A stretch of 63,819 nt of DNA, counting the filler, from an uncultured archaeon (lineage in GTDB: Archaea; Iainarchaeota; Iainarchaeia; Iainarchaeales; 1-14-0-10-31-34): assembly GCA_964442255.1 (NCBI GenBank). It is 9 parts of 9 records of this genome, joined end to end, with 100 filler letters (N's around TTAATTAATTAA, not from the genome) between each part and the next. Parts side by side here need not be neighbours in the genome. Positions count along the whole stretch, not along the records: positions 1 to 10,311 come from CAYTYC010000032.1; 8 more parts are not named here. The stretch is one strand, 5' to 3'. The position numbers and the translations under genes are program-made. Within the stretch, counting starts at the first letter, position 1; each line of letters starts with the position of its first letter. The notes beneath the pieces are model-generated. The model saw only the letters and a list, made by a program, of their open reading frames with translations. It searched no databases and was not told the origin of the DNA. Below are positions 1 through 9,860 of the stretch, piece by piece.

Positions 1-15
1 TTTACCTGGATTACA

Positions 16-113
16 CAACCGACGGAAAAAAATCAGCTAAAAGCATTTGAGTTACTTTCCGCGCCAACCGACGGAAAAAAATCAGCTAAAAGCATTTGAG
101 TTACTTTCCGCGC
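16..113. repeat. 49-bp tandem duplication (2 copies) spanning the 3' ends of two convergent genes
   Basis: CAACCGACGGAAAAAAATCAGCTAAAAGCATTTGAGTTACTTTCCGCGC at 16-64 and 65-113. Confidence 0.9.
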
Positions 114-613
114 CTTTGCTTTCTCTTCCTTTTCTTAAAAAGACCCAATAGTCTTTTTTTATTTGCAGCCGCGTCCCTTGCCTCTTTTGCGGCCACGTTC
201 CTTGCAATGGTCAAGTCGCTTTTGTGGGTTGACGGCTTGGGTTGCTTTACTCCCGCAAGCGCCTTCTCTTTTTTTGCCCTGGCGGATCTAAGCAACCCGC
301 CTGCATAGAACTTAACCCCACTTATTTGCCCTCTTCCTTCAAAGTCCCACCACCTTACGCCTTTGGCTGCTTCTCTGGCTGCCTTCAGAAACCTGGCTCC
401 CTCTTTGGCATCTTCCACAGAAGAATCCAACAGCTTTGGATCTGCGCCCCTAAGCTTCAGCCTTTTCCTTTTGATTGCCCACTTTGTGGGAGTCATTTTT
501 TCACCTTCGCTTGCAAACAATAAAACCCGCAAACCCCTATTCATGGTTAGCCCCTCTTTTTGCCTTCCGGAAGGTATTTTATTCGTTTTTCCCCAATAAA
601 GGCTAAGGTGCAC
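101..613 (-). CDS. highly basic hypothetical protein (start uncertain)
   Basis: K/R-rich ORF divergent from thrS, no recognisable motif. Confidence 0.5.
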   Translation of the reverse strand: MHLSLYWGKTNKIPSGRQKEGLTMNRGLRVLLFASEGEKMTPTKWAIKRKRLKLRGADPKLLDSSVEDAKEGARFLKAAREAAKGVRWWDFEGRGQISGVKFYAGGLLRSARAKKEKALAGVKQPKPSTHKSDLTIARNVAAKEARDAAANKKRLLGLFKKRKRKQRRGK

Positions 614-618
614 GGAAA

Positions 619-2526
619 ATGAATGTATTGTTTATTCACTCAAACAGTCTGGAATACAAGGCAAAACAGAAGACAAAAATGGCTGAAGCGGTTTCAAAGG
701 ATTTAATGGAAAAAAGGGCCGGGGAATGCCTTGTGTGCTTCATGGCATTTGAGGAAGCCGACAACGGAAAAGAATTGGCGGTAAGCAAAGGGCTGGTGAA
801 GGAAATTGAAAGCGTTTCCTCACAGTTGGGCGTGAAAACCGTTGCGCTTTACCCTTTCGTTCACCTGCTTTTCGGAAAAAAGCCGTCCGAAACTAAAACC
901 GCTTTGCGGATAATGAATGAAACCCAAAAACAGCTGGAAAAAAAGTTTACGGTGGTGAAAAGCCCTTTCGGCTGGTACAAGAGCTTTAAGCTGGAGTGCA
1001 AAGGCCATCCCCTGGCGGAGTTAAGCAGGGAAATCTTGGGTGAAGGAAAAGCCGCGGAAGGAAAGGAAGTCTCAAAAGCCGTGCAGGCCGAAGAAAAGCT
1101 CAGGTCAGAGTGGTTTGTTTTGGATGAAAAAGGCAAGCTGCACGCGCTGAAGAAAGGGAAAGGAAAAATAGGGGGATTTGACTTCAAAAAATGGCCTAAC
1201 CTGGAAAAGTTTGCGGAATACGAGATTTCAAAGTCCCGGGAAGTCAGGGAAGAGCCGCCGCACGTGAAGCTAATGAAGCAACTGGAGTTGGCTGACTATG
1301 AGCCGGGCTCAGACCCGGGCAACTTAAGGTATCCCCCGAAAGGAAAGCTGGTGAAAAAGCTTGTTGAAGAGTTTGTCACAGCAAAAATGATTGAATACGG
1401 GGCAATGGAAATCGAAGCACCAATAATGTATGATTACGAGCACCCCGCATTAAAGGATTATTTGAACAGGTTTCCCGCCCGCCAGTACACGATTGAAACC
1501 CCAAACAAAAAGGTTTTTTTGCGTTTCAGCGCGTGCTTCGGGCAGTTTTTAATGCTGCATGACGCGGTTGTATCATACAAGCACCTTCCGTTAAAGGTGT
1601 ATGAGCTGACAAGGTACAGCTTCAGGGTGGAAAAGCGCGGCGAGCTCACTGGACTGAGAAGGCTTAGGGCTTTCACCATGCCTGACTGCCACGCGTTCTG
1701 CGCGGATTTGAAGCAGGCAAAAAAAGAGTTTGTGAAAAGGTTTGAATTGGGGAGAAAAATTCAGGAAGAACTGGGGTTAAATGAAAATGATTTGGAGTTG
1801 GCTGTGCGCGCAGTAAAGCCGTTCTGGAAGGAAAACGAAAAATTTATTCTGGAGTGGGTAAAGAAATGGAAAAAGCCTGTTCTGGTGGAAATGTGGGGCG
1901 AACAGTTCTTTTACTTTATCCTCAAGTATGAGCTGAATTTTGTGGACGCATTGGGAAAGGCCTCTGCCTTAACCACCGACCAGATTGACGTGGAAAACGC
2001 GAAAAGATACGGTTTAAGCTTTATTGGCGCGGACAACAAGAAAAAGTTTCCGTTAATCCTGCATTTAAGCCCCAGCGGCGCGGTTGAAAGGGTGCTGTAT
2101 TCCCTTCTTGAAAAGGCTTTCATGGACAAAAAAGGGAAAGGCAGGGGAAAATTTCCTTTATGGCTGTCGCCGGTTCAGGCAAGGGTTGCAAGCGTTTCAG
2201 ACAAATTCACGGAATTTGCGGAAAAAACCGCGGAAACACTGGAAAAGCACTGCATTCGCGCCGATGTTGATGACAGGGACGAAAGCATCGGGAAAAAAAT
2301 CAGGCAGGCGGAACTGGAATGGGTGCCCTTCATTTTGGTTGTCGGGGAAAAGGAAAAGAAAACCAGAAAATTTACGGTGAGGTTCCGTTCAACAGGAAAG
2401 CAAAAGGAAATGGGCCTGAAGGAATTGGTGAAGTTAATTCAAAAAGAGTGCAGGGGAAAGCCCTTCCACCCGCTTCCCCTTCCAATGCGCTTAAGCAGGC
2501 GCCCTGTTTTCATTCAGCAACAGTAA
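619..2526 (+). CDS. thrS: threonyl-tRNA synthetase, archaeal type
   Basis: N-terminal archaeal editing domain (YPFVHL, PFGWYKSF), LRFSAC, FRVEKRGELTGLRRLRAFTMPDCH, HLSPSGAVER, C-terminal anticodon-binding domain. Confidence 0.96.
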   Translation: MNVLFIHSNSLEYKAKQKTKMAEAVSKDLMEKRAGECLVCFMAFEEADNGKELAVSKGLVKEIESVSSQLGVKTVALYPFVHLLFGKKPSETKTALRIMNETQKQLEKKFTVVKSPFGWYKSFKLECKGHPLAELSREILGEGKAAEGKEVSKAVQAEEKLRSEWFVLDEKGKLHALKKGKGKIGGFDFKKWPNLEKFAEYEISKSREVREEPPHVKLMKQLELADYEPGSDPGNLRYPPKGKLVKKLVEEFVTAKMIEYGAMEIEAPIMYDYEHPALKDYLNRFPARQYTIETPNKKVFLRFSACFGQFLMLHDAVVSYKHLPLKVYELTRYSFRVEKRGELTGLRRLRAFTMPDCHAFCADLKQAKKEFVKRFELGRKIQEELGLNENDLELAVRAVKPFWKENEKFILEWVKKWKKPVLVEMWGEQFFYFILKYELNFVDALGKASALTTDQIDVENAKRYGLSFIGADNKKKFPLILHLSPSGAVERVLYSLLEKAFMDKKGKGRGKFPLWLSPVQARVASVSDKFTEFAEKTAETLEKHCIRADVDDRDESIGKKIRQAELEWVPFILVVGEKEKKTRKFTVRFRSTGKQKEMGLKELVKLIQKECRGKPFHPLPLPMRLSRRPVFIQQQ

Positions 2527-2614
2527 TTTCATTTAGTGCATTCAATAAACTGCTGATTCTTTCAAAGAATAAATTTATATAAAACAAAATAATGTAAATA
2601 TAGGGTTTTGCCTG

Positions 2615-4897
2615 ATGCCTGAAGACTACCTGCAGGACTTAATCAAAAAAGCCAGGAAGCTGAAGGAAGAGCAGAAAAGGGAAAAGGCTTCGCCTTCCCC
2701 AAAAGAAAAAAAAATGCCTTCCGCTCCCCCTGAAAAAGACATTCCAGGGGAACTGAAGCGCGAATTGTTTGAGCCCAAAATTTCCCCTGAAAGGCAACCC
2801 CCAAAGGCTTCCGGGACAGGGAAAGTGAAGGAAGAGGACCTGGCCGTGGAAACAAGGCTTCCGATTAAGCCCAGGCGGGTTGAAGAGCAGATGGCTTTGG
2901 AGAAAAAGGTTGAAGTTGAAGCATACAGGGGGGCAAAAATTTTTCGTGTCCCGAAACAGGAAATAATGTATTACGAGGCGCCGGTGCTGAAACCTACTGC
3001 CGCGGAAAGGACAATAATCAACACCATTAAAGAGGCTGCAACCCGCATCATAAGCATTGCACCCTACCGGATCCGTGACCCGGAGCAGAGAAGGAACGTG
3101 TACAAGCAAAGGGTTTTGGAAATTTTGCGCTCAAGCACGGAATTAAACATTCCGGAAAGAAGATACGAGTTTTACGCTGAATCAGTGGTAAGGGAAATGG
3201 TGGGCTATGGAATGATTGACCCGTTAGTGAGGGACGACCAATTGGAGGAAATAATGGTCATAGGCGCAAACAGGCCTGTTTACGTGTTCCACAGAAAATA
3301 TGAAATGATGCACACAAACATTGAGTTCGCGAACGAAAACGAAATCGTGGATTTGGTTAACAGGATTGCAAGGGAAGTGGGAAGGAGAGTGGACATGTCC
3401 TCCCCTTTATTGGATGCACGCCTTCCGAACGGCTCAAGGGTTAATGCAACAATTCCCCCGGCATCCATTTCCGGAGCGTCCCTTACAATAAGAAAGTTCA
3501 GGGAAGACCCTTACTCAATAGTGGACTTGATTTCCTTTGGGACTGTTGACAGCTACACCGCGGCTTTTCTCTGGCTTTGCGTGGACGGATTGGGGGCAAA
3601 GCCCGCAAACATTCTCATCACAGGGGGAACGGGAAGCGGAAAAACCACCACTTTGAATGTTTTGTGTTCCTTCATTCCGGACAGGGAAAGAATTGTCACA
3701 ATAGAGGACACCGCTGAATTAAACCTTCCTTTAAGGCACTACGTTTCATTGGAGGCAAGGCCGCCGGGACTGGAGGGTTCAGGGGAACTGACTCTGGACA
3801 TTTTAACGAAAAACTCTTTGAGGATGCGCCCGGACAGGATAATTGTGGGGGAAGTAAGGCACAGCGAAGCCTTCACATTGTTCACCGCGCTGAACACGGG
3901 GCATGACGGAGCGCTTGCAGGCGATTCATTGATTCAGCTTTCCAACGGAAACATGAAGGAAATAGGCGAAATTGCCGGGGAAGGCTTTTCAGAAAAGATT
4001 CCCGTAAAAGAGAAAGGGTTTGAGTTTGTTGAACTCGGGGAAAAGGCTTTTGAAGTGCCTTCAATGAACAAGGAAACCCTGCAGATTGAAAACAAAAAAG
4101 TAACGCATGTTTGGAGAAAAAAAACCCGGAAAAAAATCGTTAAGCTGAAGCTTAAAAGCGGAAAAGAATTAAGGCTGACAGGCGATCACCCTGTTTACAG
4201 GATATTCAACGGAGTGCAGGAAATAAGCGCATGCGACGCAAATAAAGGCGACTTCCTTGCGGTTCCGGATAAAACTTCCGGCAAAGAAAATTCAGCGGAG
4301 AACGGTTTGGATGGGCTTGTTCTGCTTGAATGCCTTGGTTCGGTACTTGCATTTGAGGAAATTGTTTCAGCTGAAGAAGAGGAGTTTGAGGGAATGGTTT
4401 ACGATTTGACTGTGGAAGGAAACCACAATTACATCGCAAACGGAATAATTGTATCAAACTGCCTGGGCACAATTCACGCGAATTCACCGCAGGAAACGGT
4501 TGTGAGGATTACCTCGCCTCCCATGAATGTTCCGGAAATAATGCTTTCAGGGCTGGACTTCATTTTGGTTGAGCACAGGATTCACGACAAAAGAAAGGGA
4601 ACAATAAGGCGGTTTATGGAGCTCGCGGAGGTAACAGGGGTTTTGGAGGGAAAAACCCAGACGCAAACATTGTTTGAATGGGATGCAGTGAAAGACAAAA
4701 TAGAGAAAACCAGGGCGGAATCCCATTACCTGAAAAACCTGATGAAATTCACGGGATACACCAGAAAACAGCTGGAAGAAACAATAAAGGAAAGGCAGGC
4801 AATACTGGAAGGCTTGGTTAAAAAAAAGGTTAGGTCCATTAAAGATGTGGGAAACGCGGTGCAGAAATATTACGCCGAAAAGGGTGCCAAAAAATGA
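2615..4897 (+). CDS. TadA/CpaF (KlbA-like) pilus assembly ATPase containing an intein
   Basis: Walker A GGTGSGKTT, IEDTAEL, LRMRPDRIIVGEVR; the NTGHDG...CLGTIHANS motif is interrupted by an intein. Confidence 0.93.
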   Translation: MPEDYLQDLIKKARKLKEEQKREKASPSPKEKKMPSAPPEKDIPGELKRELFEPKISPERQPPKASGTGKVKEEDLAVETRLPIKPRRVEEQMALEKKVEVEAYRGAKIFRVPKQEIMYYEAPVLKPTAAERTIINTIKEAATRIISIAPYRIRDPEQRRNVYKQRVLEILRSSTELNIPERRYEFYAESVVREMVGYGMIDPLVRDDQLEEIMVIGANRPVYVFHRKYEMMHTNIEFANENEIVDLVNRIAREVGRRVDMSSPLLDARLPNGSRVNATIPPASISGASLTIRKFREDPYSIVDLISFGTVDSYTAAFLWLCVDGLGAKPANILITGGTGSGKTTTLNVLCSFIPDRERIVTIEDTAELNLPLRHYVSLEARPPGLEGSGELTLDILTKNSLRMRPDRIIVGEVRHSEAFTLFTALNTGHDGALAGDSLIQLSNGNMKEIGEIAGEGFSEKIPVKEKGFEFVELGEKAFEVPSMNKETLQIENKKVTHVWRKKTRKKIVKLKLKSGKELRLTGDHPVYRIFNGVQEISACDANKGDFLAVPDKTSGKENSAENGLDGLVLLECLGSVLAFEEIVSAEEEEFEGMVYDLTVEGNHNYIANGIIVSNCLGTIHANSPQETVVRITSPPMNVPEIMLSGLDFILVEHRIHDKRKGTIRRFMELAEVTGVLEGKTQTQTLFEWDAVKDKIEKTRAESHYLKNLMKFTGYTRKQLEETIKERQAILEGLVKKKVRSIKDVGNAVQKYYAEKGAKK
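3911..4459 (+). mobile_element. 183-aa mini-intein with Ala1 (KlbA/class 2 type), no homing endonuclease
   Basis: GHDG|ALAGDSLIQLSNG...LRLTGDHPVY (block B TxxH)...VYDLTVEGNHNYIANGIIVSN|C. Confidence 0.92.
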
Positions 4898-6054
4898 GCA
4901 AGCTGGAGCAGTTAAGGAAAGTGATTGAAGAAAAAAAGGGGAAAAAAAAGAAGGCTGAAGGAAAGCCTGAGTCAGTTGACCTGAAAAAAGTCGACAAAAT
5001 TGTCTCCAGCATGAAAAAAAAGTACAAGGAAGAAGGCATTGAATTCGAGGAAGTCGGGGGAAAATTAAGGGAATTAAGGGACATCATTTCGGAAGGGGAA
5101 GGAAAAGAGGTTGAAGTCCAAACCGTGCAGGAACTGACGGGCTATAAAAGCGGCGGGGTAAGGGCTTTGGGGAACGTTTACCTGAAGCTCAGCGGGCTTT
5201 CAAAAGGCGTGCAAAAGGTTGTGGAAAAGTTTCCGCAGGTAAGGCAGCTCAGCTTCTACCTGTACAGCGCAAACATGCGGTTCAGCGCCAAGCAGTTCCT
5301 TGCGCTCATTACCGCGGCAGCAATGATGGTTTTCATTATTTCGCTGGTCGTCCTTATAACCGTTTTTTCCTTCATTCAAACCGATTTAATCCTTAAGCTG
5401 GTTTTCATTCCGCTGCTTTCATTTGTTTTTGCCGCGATTACCGTGGTAATTGGATTGCTGATTCCGAGGAGAAGGGCGCATGCACGGGGAAACGCGATGA
5501 GCATTGAACTGCCGTTTGCGTTAAGGCACATGGCAACCGAATTAAAGGCCGGAATCGGCTTGTACAGGACGCTTCAAACGATTGCGGTCGCGGACTACGG
5601 GGTTTTAAGCGAAGAATTTGCGAGAACAATCACGGAGGTAGAGGAAGGCACAGACACCAAAATCGCGTTAAGGCACTTTGCTTTAAGGTGCCATTCAAAG
5701 GCATTGAGGAACGCGTTGATTCACGTTATCCGTGCACTGAAAACCGGGGGAAATTTAAGCGAAATAATGGGCGACATTGCGGAGGATGTTGCGTTTGAGT
5801 TGAGGACAAAAATAAGGGATTTCGCGGAAAAAATGAATTTTTTTGCCGCAATTTACATTTATTTGGCGATTGTTGTGCCGGTGTTTATCGCGATTTTGGC
5901 GTCCATTAAAACCTTGCCTGTGGCGCAGGGAACCAATTTACTGGATGCCTTGCCGATTGACATCACGATGGCAACACTCTTTTATTTAGTTGGAATGCCT
6001 TTAGTATTGATTTACTTGATTGTGTTTGTTTCAATGAGCCAGCCCAAGGTGTGA
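4894..6054 (+). CDS. TadB/TadC-like type II secretion F-domain platform protein
   Basis: ELPFALRHMATELKAGIGL, YGVLSEEF, TM helices, follows the ATPase. Confidence 0.88.
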   Translation: MSKLEQLRKVIEEKKGKKKKAEGKPESVDLKKVDKIVSSMKKKYKEEGIEFEEVGGKLRELRDIISEGEGKEVEVQTVQELTGYKSGGVRALGNVYLKLSGLSKGVQKVVEKFPQVRQLSFYLYSANMRFSAKQFLALITAAAMMVFIISLVVLITVFSFIQTDLILKLVFIPLLSFVFAAITVVIGLLIPRRRAHARGNAMSIELPFALRHMATELKAGIGLYRTLQTIAVADYGVLSEEFARTITEVEEGTDTKIALRHFALRCHSKALRNALIHVIRALKTGGNLSEIMGDIAEDVAFELRTKIRDFAEKMNFFAAIYIYLAIVVPVFIAILASIKTLPVAQGTNLLDALPIDITMATLFYLVGMPLVLIYLIVFVSMSQPKV

Positions 6055-7037
6055 AAATGGCGGACAACCTTTACAGCAGGATTTCGTTTTTGCGGGACTC
6101 CCTTTTCATGCACGCGTATGAAAGGCACCTGGAAAACATTAAGCTCAAGGTCGACCCATTGCTTTGGATGATTGTCTCCGTTTTTTTCTCGGCGATTGCG
6201 GCTTCCGCGACCTTTTTGGTTCTCCTGCTTTTGAATGCAATGGGCGCAATGATAATGATTTTCGTTGTTTTTGTTGTTGTACTGGATGTTCTTGTGGGTT
6301 ATCCTTACATTAAGGGAATGCAGAGGATAACGGAAATTGAGTCGGATTTGCCTGACGCGTTGAAGCAGATGGCGGACATTTTAAAGGCAGGCGGCACTTA
6401 CGAGTATGCGTTAAGGGAAATCGCGCAGTCCGATTTCGGCCCCCTCACAAAGGAGATTGCAAATGTTTTAAGGAAACTGGAGGAAGGCGAAAACTTTGAG
6501 GCCTCTTTGTTAAGCCTTTCGCATAGCGTTGACTCAAGGCTCGTGAAGAGGAGCGTCACAATAATTGTTGACTCCGTGAGGGCTGGTGCCGGGCTTGCGG
6601 ACATTCTGGAGGAAATCGCGGAAGACATCAGGCAAACAAACAGAATCAACCACGAGAGAAAAGCAAGGACTTTAATGCAGGTATTGTTTATGGTGGCAGC
6701 CGGCGCATTCGTAACGCCCTTTATTTTTGGTTTGATCAGCATGCTCGCGGACTTTATGGCGCAGTCCACAATGGGATTGATTTCCGGGGCGGATTCGGCG
6801 TTGAAGGCCAGGATTTTGAGTGAAAAGAACTGGCTGATTTTCATGATTCAAATCTATGTTTTCATTGAAATTACCGCCACCAGCGTCATGCTTTCTTTGA
6901 TGAGGGAAGGAAATAAAAACAAAAGTATTATATATCTCCCAGCACTTTTATTCATAGCATATATTGTGTACTTTGTTTCGGTCTTCCTTACCGGGCAGAT
7001 GTTCCAGGGAACCGGTTCAGGCGGTGGATTGCTGTGA
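6051..7037 (+). CDS. TadC-like type II secretion F-domain platform protein
   Basis: LPDALKQMADILKAG, FGPLTKEI, TM helices. Confidence 0.88.
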   Translation: MKMADNLYSRISFLRDSLFMHAYERHLENIKLKVDPLLWMIVSVFFSAIAASATFLVLLLLNAMGAMIMIFVVFVVVLDVLVGYPYIKGMQRITEIESDLPDALKQMADILKAGGTYEYALREIAQSDFGPLTKEIANVLRKLEEGENFEASLLSLSHSVDSRLVKRSVTIIVDSVRAGAGLADILEEIAEDIRQTNRINHERKARTLMQVLFMVAAGAFVTPFIFGLISMLADFMAQSTMGLISGADSALKARILSEKNWLIFMIQIYVFIEITATSVMLSLMREGNKNKSIIYLPALLFIAYIVYFVSVFLTGQMFQGTGSGGGLL

Positions 7038-7201
7038 AATTGGGTGAAGAAAAAAAGGCACAAACTTCCATTGAATACCTGTTAATACTGGCTGCAGCCG
7101 TTGTTTTGGCGGTTGTTGTCGGATTGTACCTCAAAAGCATTCCGCCCCGGATTCACGATGAAGCGGGAGGAAAAACCGAAAACATTATTAATGGATTTTG
7201 A
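7034..7201 (+). CDS. class III signal peptide pilin-like protein (55 aa, absent from the ORF track)
   Basis: GTG start overlapping the upstream stop; MKLGEEKKAQTSIEYLLILAAAVVLAVVVGLYL... Confidence 0.85.
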   Translation: MKLGEEKKAQTSIEYLLILAAAVVLAVVVGLYLKSIPPRIHDEAGGKTENIINGF

Positions 7202-7235
7202 TTAATGTTTAAAGTAATTTCAAAAAAAAGGAGGG

Positions 7236-7427
7236 ATGAATGAAATGGACAACAAGGCACAGGGAGCACTGGAGTACCTTCTGTTAATCGGGGGTGCAGT
7301 GCTCATAGCTGCAGTGGTAATCACCCTGCTGGCAGGGATCGGGCCTACAGCAAGTCACTCGGCTCACACAGGATCAAGAGAAGCACACGAAGGAATAAAC
7401 ACGCTTGAACACGCACTCATAATATAA
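7236..7427 (+). CDS. class III signal peptide pilin-like protein
   Basis: NKAQGALEYLLLIGGAVLIAAVVI, GGAGG upstream. Confidence 0.88.
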   Translation: MNEMDNKAQGALEYLLLIGGAVLIAAVVITLLAGIGPTASHSAHTGSREAHEGINTLEHALII

Positions 7428-7609
7428 TGGTGCAAGCAAAGGAGCAAAGAACAATGAAAGAGGACAGAGGACAGACAGCAATAGAGTATCTATTGCTGTT
7501 AGCGGCAGCAGTGATAGTGGCAGCTATTGTCATTGTCTTCATGTCAAGAAGCACTGACGTGGTTAATAACGCAAACGACAGGCTGAACGATTTCCTGCAC
7601 GAAGTTTAA
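7427..7609 (+). CDS. class III signal peptide pilin-like protein
   Basis: DRGQTAIEYLLLLAAAVIVAAIV. Confidence 0.88.
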   Translation: MVQAKEQRTMKEDRGQTAIEYLLLLAAAVIVAAIVIVFMSRSTDVVNNANDRLNDFLHEV

Positions 7610-7610
7610 A

Positions 7611-7793
7611 GTGATTCAATTGGAACAAAAAGCGCAGATTTCACTGGAATATTTGCTGACGCTGTTGTTCAGCATTGTTCTAGTGATAGCTGCTTTCATT
7701 CTCCTGGATGCTTTGCGGGTTGTGGCTGCCGCGGCAAAAGTCGCGATAAAGGACAACGTGGAACAAACGATTGCATCGGTCATAGGGGGCTGA
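7611..7793 (+). CDS. class III signal peptide pilin-like protein
   Basis: QKAQISLEYLLTLLFSIVLV. Confidence 0.88.
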   Translation: MIQLEQKAQISLEYLLTLLFSIVLVIAAFILLDALRVVAAAAKVAIKDNVEQTIASVIGG

Positions 7794-7799
7794 CCCTTT

Positions 7800-8951
7800 T
7801 TGCCCTCCTTTTTTTTCCCTTTTTCTTTTCTTTATTTTGTTTTCTCGCTTTTCCTTCTTGGGTTGGGAACATACACTGATTTTAAGTGGAGGTTTATTTC
7901 CAACAAACTGACTTACTCAATGATTTTAATCGGCCTGGCTGTTCACTTTGGGGAATCGGTTTTAACCCAAAACTTTTTCACAATAGGAATCGCGGCCGGG
8001 ATTACCGCCGCAACCTTCTTTTTTTCCTGGCTTTTATGGAAGCTTGGGGTTTGGGCAGGCGGGGACGTAAAGCTTTTCACCGCGCTAGCTGCACTGAATC
8101 CGTTTAACCTCGGGGTTTTAAGGGACCTGCTTGGCTTGAAGTTTTCCCTGCTTGCCTCTCTCTCCATCCCGATTTTTCCTTTAACGCTTTTCATTTTCAG
8201 CATTTTTGCAATGGTTCCCTACGGCTCGCTTTTAAGCGTCCACGGGCTGAAAAAAAAGCCGGAGCTAAGGAAAGAACTGTTCAAGGACTTTAAGGCAAAG
8301 CTGGTGAATTCCGTTGAATATTCGATGCTGCTTGTCGGGATTTATGCCCTGCTGGGAAACTTTTCGCTTGATTTTTGGCTTCAGCTGGTTGCCACACTTG
8401 CCGTAATTTTTGCTTACCGACTGGTTAAATTCAGGCTTAAGCTTGCGGTTCCAATTGCCTTGTTTTTTTACAGCCTTTACCTTAATGCAATTTTCTCGGT
8501 TTCTTACGCGGTTTACCTTTTCCTTTTCTTTTTCGCGGTTTACGCTGTTTTAAAGCTGTATTCCGTAAGCAAAAGCGAGGTTTTAAGGGAAGAAATTCCT
8601 GTGGAAAGGCTGGAGGAAGGCATGATTCCCGCGGAATCCCTGTACGAGGTTGAAGGAAAGGTGGTGAAGGCGGAAAAGCTGTCAATAGGAAAAATTATAA
8701 ACAACTTTAGAACTAATAGTCTTGACTCCCTTCAAAAACTGCTTTCCCCTCCGGGAAAGGCAATAGTGGATGCGCGGAAGGCGCGCGGGCTTTTGAAGGA
8801 AGAAATAGATGAATTGCGGAAACTGCAAAGCGAAGGCAAAATAAGGGAAAAAATTTGGGTGAAAAAAACCGCGCCAATGATTCCGGCGGTTTTAATCGCG
8901 TACATTATCTTGAATTTGGTTGGGGATGCGCTGTGGAATTTGCTGTTTTAG
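7800..8951 (+). CDS. prepilin peptidase (A24, EppA-like long form)
   Basis: YTDFKWRFISN and WAGGDVKL catalytic Asp motifs; LEEGMIP and C-terminal PMIPAVLIAY. Confidence 0.88.
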   Translation: MPSFFFPFSFLYFVFSLFLLGLGTYTDFKWRFISNKLTYSMILIGLAVHFGESVLTQNFFTIGIAAGITAATFFFSWLLWKLGVWAGGDVKLFTALAALNPFNLGVLRDLLGLKFSLLASLSIPIFPLTLFIFSIFAMVPYGSLLSVHGLKKKPELRKELFKDFKAKLVNSVEYSMLLVGIYALLGNFSLDFWLQLVATLAVIFAYRLVKFRLKLAVPIALFFYSLYLNAIFSVSYAVYLFLFFFAVYAVLKLYSVSKSEVLREEIPVERLEEGMIPAESLYEVEGKVVKAEKLSIGKIINNFRTNSLDSLQKLLSPPGKAIVDARKARGLLKEEIDELRKLQSEGKIREKIWVKKTAPMIPAVLIAYIILNLVGDALWNLLF

Positions 8952-9508
8952 AAAACTTTTTGGGAAACCTTGCAAAAGATTCTTTTGCGGGGCCTCGCAA
9001 ACCAGTTGGTTTGCAAGGAAGTTTTATCAAAAATAAGGTAAAACAAAAAGGGCAGATGAGCGTTGAGTTCATGCTGTTGATAGTGGTTTTTCTTTTCTAC
9101 ATTCAGGTGATAGTCCAGCCCACCTTGAATGACGCTGAAATGGGTATAGCGGACACAAAGGCGGTGGTGCAGACAAAGTTTGCCGCCCAAAAGCTTGCAA
9201 ACGCGATTGAATACATTGGCGCGTCAAACGGCCTGGCAAGGGAAACAGTCACAATCATTGCGCCGGAGGGCAGCACTATTTTGTGCGGGAACGACTCCCA
9301 GCAGGATTACCTGCAGTACTCTGTTGTTGTGGGCGGGGATTACTCTGAATGCGTTGCAGGGGCATGCACTGAAAACATCAACTTAAGCAAATCAATTGAT
9401 GTAAGGGACGCGGAATGCAGCAATTTCAGCGTGAATGCAGCAGACAGGGCGGTTTCACGGGAAGTTGAGGTAAAGAAAGAAAGTGATGGCAGTGTCACAA
9501 TTTCTTAA
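8855..9508 (+). CDS. pilin-like protein (true start probably downstream of the ORF start)
   Basis: KQKGQMSVEFMLLIVVF class III signal followed by a Cys-containing domain. Confidence 0.75.
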   Translation: MGEKNRANDSGGFNRVHYLEFGWGCAVEFAVLENFLGNLAKDSFAGPRKPVGLQGSFIKNKVKQKGQMSVEFMLLIVVFLFYIQVIVQPTLNDAEMGIADTKAVVQTKFAAQKLANAIEYIGASNGLARETVTIIAPEGSTILCGNDSQQDYLQYSVVVGGDYSECVAGACTENINLSKSIDVRDAECSNFSVNAADRAVSREVEVKKESDGSVTIS

Positions 9509-9851
9509 CCGAAAAGGGCAGACAAGCTTTGAGGCAATCCTCATAGCTGTTTTGGTCATAGCGATGTCCGCATTTGTTTTGGGAAACTACTTTGAATTAA
9601 AGGATTCCACAACCGCCTTATCCCTTTTGAAAATTGATTTAGTGAATGAGTTAAACAAAGAGCCCGAATACTATCAGATAAACAACATTGAGTTTGTGGA
9701 AACTGGGCCAACAGCAATAGACTTTGTTGTTTACACTGAACCCGGCGACTTGGCCCTTGAAGTGGCTGTAATAGATGATTTAAAGCAGAAAATAGCTTCT
9801 GAAACAAAATACGAGGAAGCAAACATAACAATTACCCTTAATCCGCCATAA
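9483..9851 (+). CDS. pilin-like protein
   Basis: NRKGQTSFEAILIAVLVI class III signal. Confidence 0.8.
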   Translation: MMAVSQFLNRKGQTSFEAILIAVLVIAMSAFVLGNYFELKDSTTALSLLKIDLVNELNKEPEYYQINNIEFVETGPTAIDFVVYTEPGDLALEVAVIDDLKQKIASETKYEEANITITLNPP

Positions 9852-9860
9852 GTGAAGTAA

